Shown here: piece after piece, positions 48,301-62,700 of the stretch
Layout of the letters: each line of letters begins with the position of its first letter
How positions within the stretch are numbered: the first letter of the stretch is position 1
Assembly: GCF_964204645.1 (NCBI RefSeq)
Contig: NC_134025.1
Location: forward strand, 9,672,001-9,736,000
Reading direction: 5' to 3'
Length of the DNA stretch: 64,000 bases
Source of the DNA: Tubulanus polymorphus
Taxonomy: Eukaryota > Animalia > Nemertea
Made by a program: the position numbers and the translations under genes
The notes under the pieces: generated by a model
Told to the model about the DNA's origin: nothing
The model's database searches: none
What the model saw: the letters and a program-made list of their open reading frames with translations, nothing else

Positions 48301-50918
48301 AAATTTCAAAAGAAATAGCCACTATATGAACTTTCAGATGGAATTAATTGAAAATGATTTCAGGCTTTTGAAACAAAAAGCATTGTAAATTGAGTTATTT
48401 GATTTTGTAATAAGGGACTTGAGTAAGAATGGGAACTGAAAAATCAACAAACCATCTCATCTTGTGAGTAGTATTCTGAGGCAATAGCAAGACTAGGAAG
48501 TGTCAACGTTTGCTGCAACGAAAAGGAAAAATTAATTATCACATCATTTATAAACAGACAGAAGCAACAAAACAAAGTAATTTTTTTATCAGACTTATCA
48601 TCTCTCAAAGAAAGTTATGGATCCTTAACTCCTTAACTTACAGCTTGATTCTTGAGATTTGCCCGTATCTTTGCCATTTCTCGTTCCTTATCCGCGTCGT
48701 AATTTCCACCTCTTCCCAATTGGAATTCTTTCTTGGCTTCACCCTCAATCTCCTCATCGTACTTGTCAAGAAGATTCTTCACTATCAACTGTAAACGAAT
48801 AACAAATTCATTATTTTCACTGGCAAATTTGAACGGAGTTTACGTGCGCAAACATATCCAACCCAATAAAATACCTGGCCATATTCATCATATTCGGGCT
48901 CATCATATGCGACATAATCAGGCTTCTTTTTCTTGTTTTCAATATTCTTTTTCGCTTTCTCATTGTCGACCATGTTAACATTGACTAGAACATCACCAGG
49001 TTCCTCTTCTTCATCAAGAATTCCTTATAAAACACAAGTGGTGAATATGTACAATACAGTATTGTTTATCTTGGAGCTCAACACTCAATCTTAAATAGAT
49101 TTAACCATAAAACAATACTTCATATAAAATGGAATTCTCTGTCACATGTGTATTTACCTTTATCCTTCAATGTCAATATAACAGTTTTTCCCTCAGAAAA
49201 TGAATCTTCAGCGTGCTGAACTTTTAGACCTTTTAGGTTTTTTGACGAGTAGGACTGCAATGTAAACAGGAACTTCAACATAACTCATCTACCAATACCA
49301 TGTGTACCATAGAAATTCATATCTATCGTGAGTGTATTATTGTATGTTTGAGTAATACAAAGTACCTTCTTTTCACCAATTTTGAATTCTTGATTGACCA
49401 GGCCGCTGACTCCAAACTCTTCGTCCATTTCAGCCAACAGTTTTGCCTAAATGTAGATTCAACGATATAGGTCACTTAGATCAAATAATTTAATTCTGAT
49501 GTTGATATTATTCATAAGTACAATTAATGAAAAACGTTTCTATAGAATATTTTAATCCCACTTTGGCAATTATTTTTGATAGGCAGGTTTAATAGACTGT
49601 AGCACACAGTACATCATCATGCACACATTTTATATGTTTAAGTTAATAGCCAAAGTATTACTATTAAGAGGAAACATCCTACCCTTTTCTCTGCCATGGC
49701 CTTTTCCTTCTCCAGCTTTCTAGTTTTATGAACCCATGAAGACATATCATCATCTTCCGAATCACTTTCGCCTAATGTTTTCACTTTTCTATAGATCAAA
49801 ATATTGAAGTTTAATCGTAAATGAATTCTTCGTACAAGGGCCAACTGCAGTTGATTAGTTAATTTCGTATTGCAAAAAATCTCACCCTAATGCCTGATTG
49901 ATTTTCCTTTTTTCTCGAATGGCTTCAAGTTTTTCCTTCAAGGCATTGGACTTTTTCACCTCGGACAAGTTAACCGGTGGAGCATGAACATCGTCTTTTG
50001 ATGTGGATGCTGGGGCTTCTTCAACTTCAGCTTATAGGGCGAACAAAAATAGGTACATTTACCCTTATTTGAACTTATGAATCATTGATTTTCGTATCAT
50101 ATTAATGTAAAACGACAAGCAAATCCAAAGATTAATGAGCAAATCATCAGCAATATGATTTCAAACATTCACTATTCATATCATTGTATTAAACATACCT
50201 TTAACGCTACTTTCATTTGGGACATCTAGAGGACGAAGGCCTAACTTGATACGCAATTTACTAGTAAAGAGAAGAAAATTATCTAAAACCTTCAACTAAT
50301 TAATTTTACATTACATACACTTTTCAAGGTTATTCTGACTCAAAACATGTAATAGTTGTCAAGTATGGTCATTGCTGCTAATGAATAATAGACATACTTA
50401 GTTTCTTCAATAGACATCGAAATCTCTCCACCACTGGATTTTGACTTTGGCTCCTCTGTTAAGACCAAAAAATTAGATAATACAATAATCAATTTAATTA
50501 TCCAATTCTATACAAAATGGGGTTCTAGATTACCCCATTTCATGATTCGAATTGTATCTATTAATAAGATAAGCATTAATTTTACTGGAATTCGGAAAAT
50601 GGATCTTCCCAAATGAAACATAGGTGAAAAACGAAAAGCGATCTGCGTACCATCGATTTCTTTTTTGACTTCTTGTTTTACCGATCTGGAATGATCGTAG
50701 TCATTATCAGTTCCACCACGACCCTGAGCAGCAGAATCTTCAGCGTATCGCGAGCGTTTTTCATCGATATCATCGCGACCGCTGCTGTTGTTGTGGTATC
50801 TATCGTCGTTGTCGTAACGCGTTCGACGGTCTTTCGACCTTGACCTCGATCTTCTACGTTTTTTATGTTTGTGTTCGCGTTCTCGATCCTTCTCTTTATG
50901 TTTCTTCGACGAACCCAT
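45365..50918 (-). CDS. SART1: U4/U6.U5 tri-snRNP-associated protein 1 (SART1/Snu66), ~20 exons
   Basis: N-terminus [15 protein letters not shown] with an RS tract; HIND motif [17 protein letters not shown] across exons 50455-50398 and 50260-50199; [23 protein letters not shown]; [42 protein letters not shown]; [10 protein letters not shown]; last exon 45386-45365 (GSTLTK*); minus-strand AATAAA at 45263-45258. Confidence 0.96.
46137..46300. mobile_element. Tc1/mariner-type MITE in a SART1 intron
   Basis: TA-cagtaagtttcgcctaactcagac ... gtccgagttgggtgaggttaactg-TA: imperfect TIRs with a TA target duplication. Confidence 0.6.
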
Positions 50919-50919
50919 A

Positions 50920-51591
50920 ATTTAAAGAGTTTAATCTAAAAGGAAAGGGACCAGACTATTTTTTAGAGGAAAAAATATTGGAGCTTTTTTTGGTAACGCA
51001 AAATCCAGAAACTGATGTACATGAACCACTAGACTGATCAAAAAGAAGATTAACAAAATGATGCTCTACTTATTACAATGCCACAGGCCTATCTACTTCC
51101 AACTTACCACATGTACTTACCGATATTCGTTCGTTTTGCGTTCGTTTTTACTTCGCAAATTTACGAAACAAAATTGTTATCGCCGGTACTACAAATTTCT
51201 GAGCAAAAAACCGGATTCGGCCGAGATGACTGGCGTCCAGCGGGCAAAACATTTTTGGAAAATCATTCATTTACTTACTTTCAGAGTTAGTTTTAATCGT
51301 TTTGTACATATGTTTAATAGCCCCGTTTATACTCACACTTAATACTGAGAAATTATCCTAAATCCATCAACCACACTTTAGTGTGCAATGCACAGTCTCA
51401 CTTCTTCCGCATGTGCAAGCATGTCATTCGCTACATGCATCACATGCGTGACATGTCAATCCAGTTTGAATCGATTGTAACAGTACTCTCTGTACAGTTG
51501 TGTCAGGTCGGTAGTGTTGGAATGCTTTGATAGCGCGGAAGAAGTAGTTGCGTTTCAACTTTTTGGATATTGTACATAAAAACAGTAACTG
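50920..51591. promoter_or_regulatory. Probable bidirectional promoter SART1 / beta-heavy spectrin, with a non-coding first exon ending at donor ctg|gtaagt (51592)
   Basis: Head-to-head geometry, CpG enrichment and a consensus plus-strand donor upstream of the spectrin acceptor at ~53705. Confidence 0.5.
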
Positions 51592-53711
51592 GTAAGTTAT
51601 TCATTTATTTAAAATGTTTAAGCTAATTCTGACTATTGGCTTGCGACGTAGTCGTTGGCCTGGGGCTATTTTATTTCGATTTAGGCCTAAACCTACCTTT
51701 AGCGGCTACGGGTACGGCTACTGATTACTCATACTGCTCTTAAATTTAATCTTGTTGACTGCGTTTGTCAAGACTACTAGTAAGTAAGAGTTTAGATAGA
51801 AGTTATGGTGTTGTCGTAGAGGAAGGCCTGCCCTACCACGGCACCCACAGCAGGGCGCGGGACAGAACGAAGCACAAAGCTTGGGGCGGTGGGGTCGGAC
51901 TATCACTGAGGCCCCTCACCACCTCCCCAGAAAATTTTGAAAATAAAATGCTACGCATTTCCCGGTATTTGTGCCATACTATAGCTAATTTTATGAATTT
52001 GGGTGGAACTGAATATTTGGGAAATTGTTGGTCAGACCAAAGGCGGGATGTCGGACACTGTTCCACGACCACGGCGCCAACCTGTTAATGTTAGTTAGGC
52101 TTATGCCGCATTTTAGGCCTAGGACTGAATAGGGATGTCTACGATGTACAGGATGATGTCCCTAGACAGATTGGAATGTGGTGGAGTATTCAGATTCTGG
52201 TGATTACCCCCCAAAAAATGTCAATGGTCATACTTCAGTTTAGAGGCTCAGGTCATGGCAAAAGGGTGGGCACAACTTAGGTATCCTTACCCCAAATGCC
52301 TATAACCCCAGCCTATAAAAAGGTAGGCCTATGGTACCTAAGATAATTGGGGCAATAAGAGTTGCATCATGCTCCTCCCCATCCAATTAGATTAAAAAGT
52401 ATCCGTAAGCTGAAGTAAACAGACCTCATTTCATCATTGCCTGATCGGTCAGACATCCAGATATTTTGAATGTCACATTCAAGCAAAAAATCACCAACTA
52501 ACCTAATAGATTGCTTTTATTGATTTGTTTTCACCTGTTAGCTGATGATAAAGGATTAGCCTATGTTTCGAACTTTTGGATAAGGGTACCGACATTAAGC
52601 TGAAGAATCCACAAGCCATTTACTACTAAAAGAAAATAATAACTGGGCTAGAGACAAGGTACCTTACGTACGGTATGTATTGAATAGTCATTCAATGGAT
52701 GGCCTTTATGTTCATTATAACTTTCTGTATTTCTACTTCAATGGATAGGCTGACAAAGTAAAAAATCGTTACACATGATTCATTTTTGAAAGGGTTAGAC
52801 CTATACATCGTTGTTCCTGGAAAGATCAGAATAGCCGAAAAAAATTGTGTTTGCGAACATATGAATTGATGGAATTCTCTGATTTGCCTCATACCGTAGT
52901 AGATTTGCATGGTAGGTGGCGGCGAAGCCACCCACATTGCAAATGATGACTTAAGCCTAACTGAAATATTGGTAGGCCCTATTAGAATTTTCATGCTGGA
53001 ACTCGAGTAAAGATATTTATCAGGATGCCCGAGCAAAACAAAGAATTGTTATATGACATAGGCCTACATATGCACAGGTATCGATCTACCGGTGCAAATG
53101 CAAGTAGGATGTTTTGGAAAAATAATAATTTGTCATTATCAGAAGCATAATGCAAACCGTTTATGTACATATGGTTGAAGAATGTACGTAGGCAGTAGAT
53201 AAGCGTGGCCTGTCCGATTATTTTTGTCATGTTGATTTCAAACATTCCTGATTAAACTACTGACAGGTGCTGATCGAAGTTTACAACCAATGTGACCAAA
53301 GCTGGCAAAGGTTTATCACTTTCCAGCGCTGTCACTTTCCATGGAAATAGCTAGCTAGGACTACGCAGTATGCAACATTCTATAACTCGCTGAATATTCA
53401 CTATTGGTCCCTGAGGAGTCTTAAAAACAGTGTATTTATATATCCTCAGAATTAATTCTTTGTCGATCAAAGAGTTTGATAGGATTTTCTTGTGTTTGCA
53501 TTGACATAAATAAGGCAAAGCAATAATGCTGTCATAATGATAATGTATATATGTTATATGCATATATGTAGACCAGCCCATTGTCTAGCTGAAGCATTAA
53601 CCTTTGAACTTGCGACAGAGCTGTCCTGCAAAATAAACTGCCTACATATAAACTTGCAAATTTCCGTATTAGTAAATATTGTGTGTTTGATCTTCCACTG
53701 TGTAGGTAGCC

Positions 53712-56700
53712 ATGTTTGGTCAACAAGATAGCCTGGCTAACTTCGAGAAAGGTCGGATTAAAGTGCTGCAAGAGGAACGCGTGCGTATTCAGAAAAAGAC
53801 GTTCACAAAATGGATGAATTCATTTCTAAACAAGGTAAATTTCTTCTCAATGCTGTCAGCACATTTCGAAGCAGTGAAGGCACCATGTTTAGTCTAGTCT
53901 ATTTACACATTCGAAGAGTCTATATATTTAACTATTGTGGGCATGATTTTTAAGCAGCTAAATTTGGAAATATTTGAATGTATTTTCAGGTCACAGGTGT
54001 ACCTGTTGACTTAAAATCTAGACTAGCCAATATTAGATTAGATATTTGTGTTGGGGACAGATCTTTGTGGAGATCATGCAGTAGACTCCCAGGACAAGGT
54101 GTATCATATCACAACATTAATAAGAATAGAAAAGCTGTAATAAAGATTTCAGCTAAGAATTATTGTAATATCTTGATATAAGCCTGTTTTAGGCTTTGGA
54201 AATTCAATGGCGATACTTCTTTTTTCCCCGCATTTGTGATATGATATTAGTGGAGAAATTAGACTGAAATTATTTTGAGACAGATTGATAATATTTTGAA
54301 TAAACTAGTGATTGTTTGCATAACACTCTTAAACTACAAATCATACTAGAAGATTCTGCATCAAAAGTTAAATGCCAATGTATCTGATTGCCAAATTTAG
54401 TTTTAATTAGGCCTATTTATAAAGAATTTTTCATCAGCAAAAGAGCTGCTTTTGAATTGCCAATCTCTTATCAATCTAGTAATAGGACTTAATAGAACAT
54501 GTTTTGGCTAGCTATAATGATAGCACACTATTGGAACCCTGTGATTGCACAGCATGGAGTGGATCGCGATTATGTAATACGGTAAAGAATAAACCTAACC
54601 CAAACTAAAAAATCTAATTGAGAAAGCCTATTATGACGTTTTGATCAATTCATATTCTTTCTGTCACTATGCACCAGGTGACCAGACTGTGCCCCTACAT
54701 TCAGAGCTTTCTCATAATAAGCACTTGAGGCCTATGGTTGGGCTTTCGGGGTATGTAGTGGAAAACACTAAAATATAGACCCTATTGTATCATGCATCGC
54801 ACCCATAATTTTTCTATCAGCCCAAACTCGGAGGACGCATATAGATGTATATAAGTTCATACTATGAAAATTGCAAACATTCCTTAATATCAAATGCCGT
54901 ATTTTGTATTATATCTAACAAGTCTTTTCTTGTAACACGTCTTCAGTGCCGTATTTGAAAATATAACCGCATAAAAGGTTATTGTTTGTGCGACCAAGAA
55001 TTCCGGGTACTTGAAATTTTTCTCTCCAAGTCGGTTTGAGTTGTTCTCGAGAGTAAGACAGAATTACGACTTCGATAATTGCCGATTGCGTTACACAATA
55101 ACGAATACTGTATCGAAAAAAATTATTGAATGCGATGTAGAATTCTGTAGTGTTATATTTGCTAGTGACTTGTAGTCGAAATATGTTGAGCATTCTCAAC
55201 CCGCGGTGCTATATCGCTATGATTTCGGATTTCCGCGCGACTAGTCCCGAACTCGATCAAGTTCTAATAAGGTTCTCTCGTCGAATGACAGCCGACCGTC
55301 TGCTTAGGTTTCATTGTATTTTACGGACGAATTCAGCGTAGACGTTTGTTTCGGTTATTTTGTCGCGATCCGGTTTCGACGGGGCCCCGTCGCTGTCTAT
55401 TGTGCCGAAATACTTTTTTTCGGGTGCACGTATGTACACGTATTCGGAAAGTTATTTTACTAATTTCTGAATTACAGGGCACGGTCTAAACCGTTTTGCC
55501 ATGTATGGGCATTTGTTGATAATACAATGACTCGGTCTATTTCATACTCGAGTGCCTAGTCTGACTAACTATGCGTTTTATTTCATATCAGGCACGGCTC
55601 GGGTTGATACGAGGACTGGTAGCTTTACGTCACGAGAAATATGTTTTCAATTCACGTATGTGCTTTACATGGTACCCCGGCTTTTTATGGCTCCGACGCA
55701 AGCTGCCAGCCTCGTTCCAGTTAATCTTTTATTCCATATTAGCAAAAATACATAAAGAGGATGTATTTTTGATATTAGATATAATGATTATTGCCCAGTT
55801 AGACAGCGCGAGTGAATCATAGATCGGTGATGACATGTTTCGCGTGATAATTAAGACCTATTTACATCGGCGGGACATATTTGGTATAGGGTTATAGAGG
55901 CCTCCCGGTATTCATCAGGTCACGAAATTGTCTGTAGCATTCTCGGAAATGAGCTGATCACTCATAGGTTGATGCACGCTTCGAACTTATAGTTTAGGTA
56001 GGAATGCAGGAAGTCAGGATCTGACTGTCTTGTGCCGTGGGAAGCCAACAGAAAAAAAATAACCGCTGAAGCCGGAAATCTTTAATCAAAAGAACGATAT
56101 TAGCTCATATTGAATGCTTACTGTTTGATGATAAATAAATCAGCTGTCTGCTGAAACGAATAAACCCTTTTATATGATTTTGTTTACGATATTCCGAAAG
56201 GCCAAAGCAAAAACACTGCCCAGTTTCACAAAAAGGATTAAGGCCTAAATCGATTTAAGATAAACTGAATTAATGAAGAAATTAAATCGAGTTAAACCTT
56301 TTTGTGAAACTAGGCCCTGGTATATACGCTGTCACCAATAAGTGAAGTTTGAAACCAAGAGACTTGTTGGATGAAGAGTATTTTGGGAATATTTTCGTAG
56401 CCTAAATCGATTTAAGATAAACTGAATTAATGAAGAAATTAAATCGATTTAAGAGTTAAACCTTTTTGTGAAACTGGGCCCTGGTATATACGCTGTCACC
56501 AATAAGTGAAGTTTGAAACCAAGAGACTTGTTGGATGAAGAGTATTTTGGGAATATTTTCGTAGAACTTACAGTCCTAGGGTTTTTTATCTATCACCCAA
56601 TTAAGTTTTACCGGCACTTTTCAGAAGTCTATGTCAGAGGCTTTATAAAGCACAGAAAACATGCTACCCTTGATAGAATCCATGATTAAAGGCTACCGGT

Positions 56701-59700
56701 AATCTACATATTACAGCTTAGTCTTCAACATTAGATTCTATAACCAGACACCTCATCTTTAGGGGAGGTCATCATAGAAGCATCTTGTATCCTAATGCTG
56801 GTTGTAAACTGAGTTTGATTCTGCAATTAGGGGTACCAATACTGGCGTAACCAGTTATCATTTAACACTTGGTAGGTTGTTGCCTAATATCAAGTAAACA
56901 TCAGTTTCTATCGCTCAGATCAGACATCATTTTATGATATTGATAGTTGGTAATTACATCAACATGAACACAATAAATCGTGCAGCCTTATCTAAATCGG
57001 TCGATACTATGATTTATTAATAATGTTGACAGTACCAAATGTGTCCTTGATTATGTTAGACTAGAAAAAATAATACCTTCAAGGTCGACGATTTCATTGG
57101 ATTTTTAACCATTGAATATTTCGTGCTGCTTGACTTTTTTTCTTTCTGTTGAATGCATATCTGATATGTTTCGTAGGGTTTGATTAGCATCAAATTCTAA
57201 CCCCTAAGTACATTTACCGCTGTAAGAATCAGAAGTTATACAAGATGAGTGGCCAAGATTATAGGTGTCCATATTACAGAAAAAAATTCCATATAAAACC
57301 ATGTATAAAACTAAATCTGAATCATCTATAGTTTGTGAGAAAATTTGAATATTGCTGCTTGTATTCACATTCACAAAAAGCATCTAAAACTCATTTGCTT
57401 TGTTACACGCTGTGGTAGTTGTTTTGACTCGGCCATAAACGAAGTAATTGTTAATCTACACATAGACCTACATGTTCGTGATTTATGTACCTGCTGATTA
57501 ATTATCTACGATTTATGTTTATTCTGACTAGGCCTTTCATCAAAGGTATTAGCCAGCCGAGTTGTGAACTAATGTTTCAAGCTAGATTGTTGTGAGGTCA
57601 AATTGATTTCTCATATCGCATAGCCTAAGGCAGAGTTTTCCTTTTTTTTTTCGATACGCCTGAGAAATAACTGATTTATGCTTGAAATTCACCGTTACTG
57701 AGGGGTTACCCCGAAAAAAATTGATATTGCTGATACACTTTTTAGTAGATGTTTGGAAGCCCTGAAAATGGGTACTATGTGTAGAAGAAGCTTCCGATGA
57801 ACTGTGCAATTGGATTTGCAAATTGATAGATAATTCAAAAATCAGCACATTTGTGCAATATACCGTTGTTAATGATTTAATAGCGAGTGCATGTTTCCAT
57901 ACACCTAACAGTAAATGCATACTGTGTCATATTGGCTACAGCTATGAAATCATGATAATTATACAGTTAGCTTATTTTTTTCCTAGTGCAGATCATCTCT
58001 AAAAGAATATCTCCTTACACTGTTACTTTCATTCCCCAGTGGGAACAAACTTCTCTTTCACATTACCGCTATATCAGTCACCAGTTCATCAAAGATATGA
58101 TTTTAGTACTGACTATTTTTTTTTAATTCACGGCATTTGAATGATAATAAGGTATGCATATCGCTCTATATCAAGTTTCATAACAAGAATGTACATGTGG
58201 CAGATGACAATCTATTTAAATTCAACCCCATTTTTTGTATAGGTATACATAGACCTGATGAGATTAGACATTTTTTTCTGGTCCTTTTCTGGTGTCTTGT
58301 CAGTTCGTCTATTTGCGTGAGCTGTGATTATCTTGTCATTTATCACGTAACGCAAACATGATGGTAATTTCCTGGTAAACATTCATTTTCCAGCGCGTTT
58401 TTTCTGGCTAATTATTATGACTTTATCAACAGCTCTTTGAATGCAACTTGAATTAGCTTTGAAATGGATGCATGATTTCCACTTTGTTTATGCAATGCCA
58501 TTTGTTAGGTATATTTTGTTCGAACTACTTTCATGGTTCCAAAAAACTGTTTCAGCATTTCTTTTCAAATGCAAGCTCTGATATAGGGCTATAGACTACT
58601 CACTATAGACGATTGCAGAAAATTGGATAGTAAATAAAATGATTGAGGTCATTCATTGACAGTAAAAAATAAATGTTGATTTTCTGTTGATTTTTTTTCA
58701 GGTCGGTTTGAACTGCAACGACCTGTTCACAGATCTAGGAGATGGGAAACTGCTGATGAAACTATTGGAGATCATATCCGGGGAGAAACTTGGCCGTCCG
58801 AATCCCGGTAGATTACGCGTGCAGAAAATAGAAAATCTGAATAGATCGATCAATTTTATATCAACGAAGGTATCTGTCATCGAGGTCGCATCAGGGTGGT
58901 TTTTTCTACCTCATCTCTTTGGGTCGCATTGATGAAATGTTCGAAATAATTTATGGCGCTAATTCCGTTGAACTCGTTTATACTTCAGGTTAAACTCGAA
59001 AACATTGGTGCTGAAGATATTTTAGATGGTAATCAACGAATTATTCTCGGTCTTATATGGACCATAATTCTACGATTCCAGATTCAAGACATTGTCATTG
59101 AAGATGTAGGTTGTTTACGAGGATATTATTAATTCATTGCTATGTGTATATTTGATTTGATGGAGCATAACTGAACAGCATGGCTGATGCAATTCCCATA
59201 CATATCATTAAAGTATTAGTATGGCAATCTGTGTAAAAATATTTCTTTTCTTGTTAAAACAGACTTTAAATAATTGAAAATCTTGTCATATCATGTATTA
59301 TTTTCCGGTTTTTAGGACGATGGCGGAAGCCATGAAAAACGCTCAGCCAAGGAAGCTCTTTTACTTTGGTGCCAACGAAAAACACATGGGTAACATTTCT
59401 GAATGTCGAAATAATTCAGAGATATTAGAATTGTTGGAGTACTACTGCATGTAAAAGTGTTGTAAACGCTAATCTATTTGCAGATATCCGCATTGCAAGA
59501 TTAAGAACTTCTCGGGCAGTTGGAGGGACGGTATGGGCTTCAATGCACTCATTCATGCTCATAGGTAAAGGATCTTGATATTAAGATATTAAGACACTTG
59601 AAAAATGAGAATGTATACATCGATTTTTCATTTTCAGACCAGACCTGATAGACTATGATAAACTGAATCCAAATCGTCCTATCGAGAATTTGAACTATGC

Positions 59701-62700
59701 GTTCAACGTCGCTGAAACCGAACTGGGAATAAACAGACTGCTAGATGCAGAAGGTCAGAATATGTCTATTTTGTAATCTGAGATCTGTAGATTAACTATA
59801 GCCTAAAGCCATTTTTCAGTGGATTAACAGAGCTATTTTCATCTTGGAGAACAGTTTAGGAAAACCAGGCTCATTTTAGTCATTGATCATAAATGCAACA
59901 CATATTGATAATTTTTTCTACTGCCATAATTAATGTGACTAGTGGAACCTATTGAAATGCAGTTATCTTTTTCTGATTGTTTCATTAAGATCTTGTAAAT
60001 GTTGATAAACCTGATGAGAAGTCAGTTATGACGTATGTGTCATCATACTATCATACATTCGCCAAGATGAAAGAAGAGGGTATCGGTGGAAGGCGTATTG
60101 CGAAGGTATGGTGTCATTCTTAGTTTTGCTCTATGTTGAATAAATGCAAATGACAATAATAAAGTGATGTCTTGAATAGGTTTAACTGATTACTTTATTT
60201 AAAATACTAGACATTCACTTATCAAGAAATGATATTCCAGTCATTTAAAGGTTGATGTTGACGATGAATTCTCATTGCAGGTGCTGAACAATCTTGTTAA
60301 CAACGAGAAAATGATCAACGATTACGAACGATTAGTCACTGATTTACTGCAGTGGATTATGAAGAAGTGCCAAGAACTGACTGATCGTAATTTTCCGAAC
60401 ACTTTGGACGGCGTCAGACAAGAGATGGCCAAATTCAAGAATTACAGAACTGTTGAAAAGCCTCCGAAGTAAGCGTAGTATATTTTCAATGCAACTCGTA
60501 CACATGCTCATAACTTACCGCTTGAATATTCCGCTTTGGATTTCTTTCGCCTGAAAAAATTATTTTTCAAAATTAACAGGTATGTCGAACGAGGAAATAT
60601 CGAAGCGCAAATGTTCGCTATAAAAGCTAAACAGAAAGCAAGTAGTCAACGTCAGTATGTGCCGAGGGAAGGATATCTGATCCATGACATCGAAAGAGCT
60701 TGGACCGGTTTGGAAAAAGCAGAACACGACCGGGAAACAGCCCTTAGAGCAGAGTTGATGCGGTAATATTTTAATGTGCACATTATCCCCCATATTCACT
60801 CGGAAAATTATATATTTGTATTTTATTTTATTCATTAATTTGAAAGAACAATAATTCGGACCGATCACAATACCAACTAACTCTTCTCATACACAGGCAG
60901 GAGCGGTTGGAACAGTTGGCGCAGAAATTCAATCGTAAAGCCGGTCTGCGCGAGGCCTGGTTAAAAGATATGGACCAAGTTTTAACGGAACAGTCAGTTG
61001 GCTCTGTAACGTCATTCCAAGCAGAGGCTGCCGTCAAAAAACACGAAGCCATTAGCGCTGAAGTTATGGAAAGGGTAATTGTCTATCTCTATTTTCAACT
61101 CGAAAGCCATTTCAAAATCATCCCTCTAATTATTATGAAATGTGTTATAATATATTTTTTTATAGAAAGATAGATTCATTCTGCTGTCCAGTATTGCTAA
61201 AGAATTGGTGAATGGAAATTACCACGGCAAAGAAAATGTCAAAGCTAGGTAGGTTTGGCCTTTTAAGGTGAAATCCAAACGTACTATTAATTCAGTTACT
61301 ATGAAGAGGCATGTTTACTTGCTTGTCTGTTTTCTGCTACAGTATGTATCGTTTTGAAATATAATTCTTCGTCTTTATCATCGTTTATAGGGAACAAGAG
61401 ATTACTGATAAATGGAAAGACTTAATCGGAAGGCTACAGAAAAAGAAACAGACCTTGTTGGGTTACTGTGAATTGATGGGTATGTTCAGAGATTTGGAAG
61501 GCCTTCAAGCTGAAATCAAGGAAGTCAGGGTAACTATCTTACACATTGAAAAGATAAAGTTTTCAATTTCTTATACTTTTAGTCTTCATTTGTGGAATTG
61601 ATCATAATCATAGAAAATCATGTTTTGAACCATTGGCATTTTTATTTATGAAATATTTATGAAATATGTAAGCTTATACAAATAATCAAGAATATTTGTT
61701 TAGGGCCCACTGCAGTCAGATGACTGTGGTAAACACCTAATGGCTGTCGATGACTTACTCGAAAAGCACGCAATGATTGAAGCTCAAGTGAATGCCATGG
61801 GAAGACGAGTTCACCAGCTGAACAAGAAAGCTCAAGAACTTGTCGACGATGACCACCCCAGTAGCGAACTTCTGTGTGAAAAATTAACCGATTTGAATAA
61901 AGATTTCGAAAAGTAGGTCGAATTTTAATGCAGATGTTTTGTTACAGGTCACTCACAAGAAATGCGTGTAATTTTTCTGAATGAAATGGAAAACATTTAC
62001 TTTATATTGTGATTGTAGCGTTTACAATTTGTGCGCGACTCGTAAAAAGGATTTGGATGAGTCGCAGAAGTTCTACCAGTTTATGCAGGACTCTGAGGAA
62101 GAAGAATCTTGGGTCACAGAGAAACAGCAAATAGTTCGTTCACAGCCTACTGGAAAAGATCTGAATGCTGTGCTGAAGGCTTTGAAGAACCATGAGGTAC
62201 TGTTTTTTACAGTGAAGTGGTGCTTTCTTCTTAGAAATAGTTCTTAACCTCAAAACTTCATTTAAAGGGATTAGAAGCTGAGCTCGATGCTAGGTGGCCA
62301 GTATGCGAGAAAGTGTGCAACAACGGTGCCGATTTAGTGCGAAGCAAACACCCAAATAGTAAAGATATACGCAAACGCATCGAAGATTTACAGGAGAAAT
62401 GGGATACATTGCGAGAAATGTGTGACAGCCGACGAACAAGATTGAATGATGCGGTCGAAGCCCATCAGGTAAGCTTCACTCTGTCATTCAGTGTTGTCTT
62501 CACAAGTTACTAAATCCTGGGCTATTCCAGACTTAAGTTCTGACTAGCTGACATTCAGTTTCCTTCAGTTTCGCAATTAGTCGATGAACTCCGATAACTG
62601 AAGTTTGCCTTTGTAAACAGTAAAGTTTTAAGATTATTTTACACAGCAATAGCTGATAACAGAAAAGAACTTGATGTTTTCACTTACTGGTTATTCATAA

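Noticed and set aside
51408-51459. Cluster of CATG-core motifs resembling p53/NRF1 sites
   Set aside because: Half-sites are imperfect and not correctly paired.
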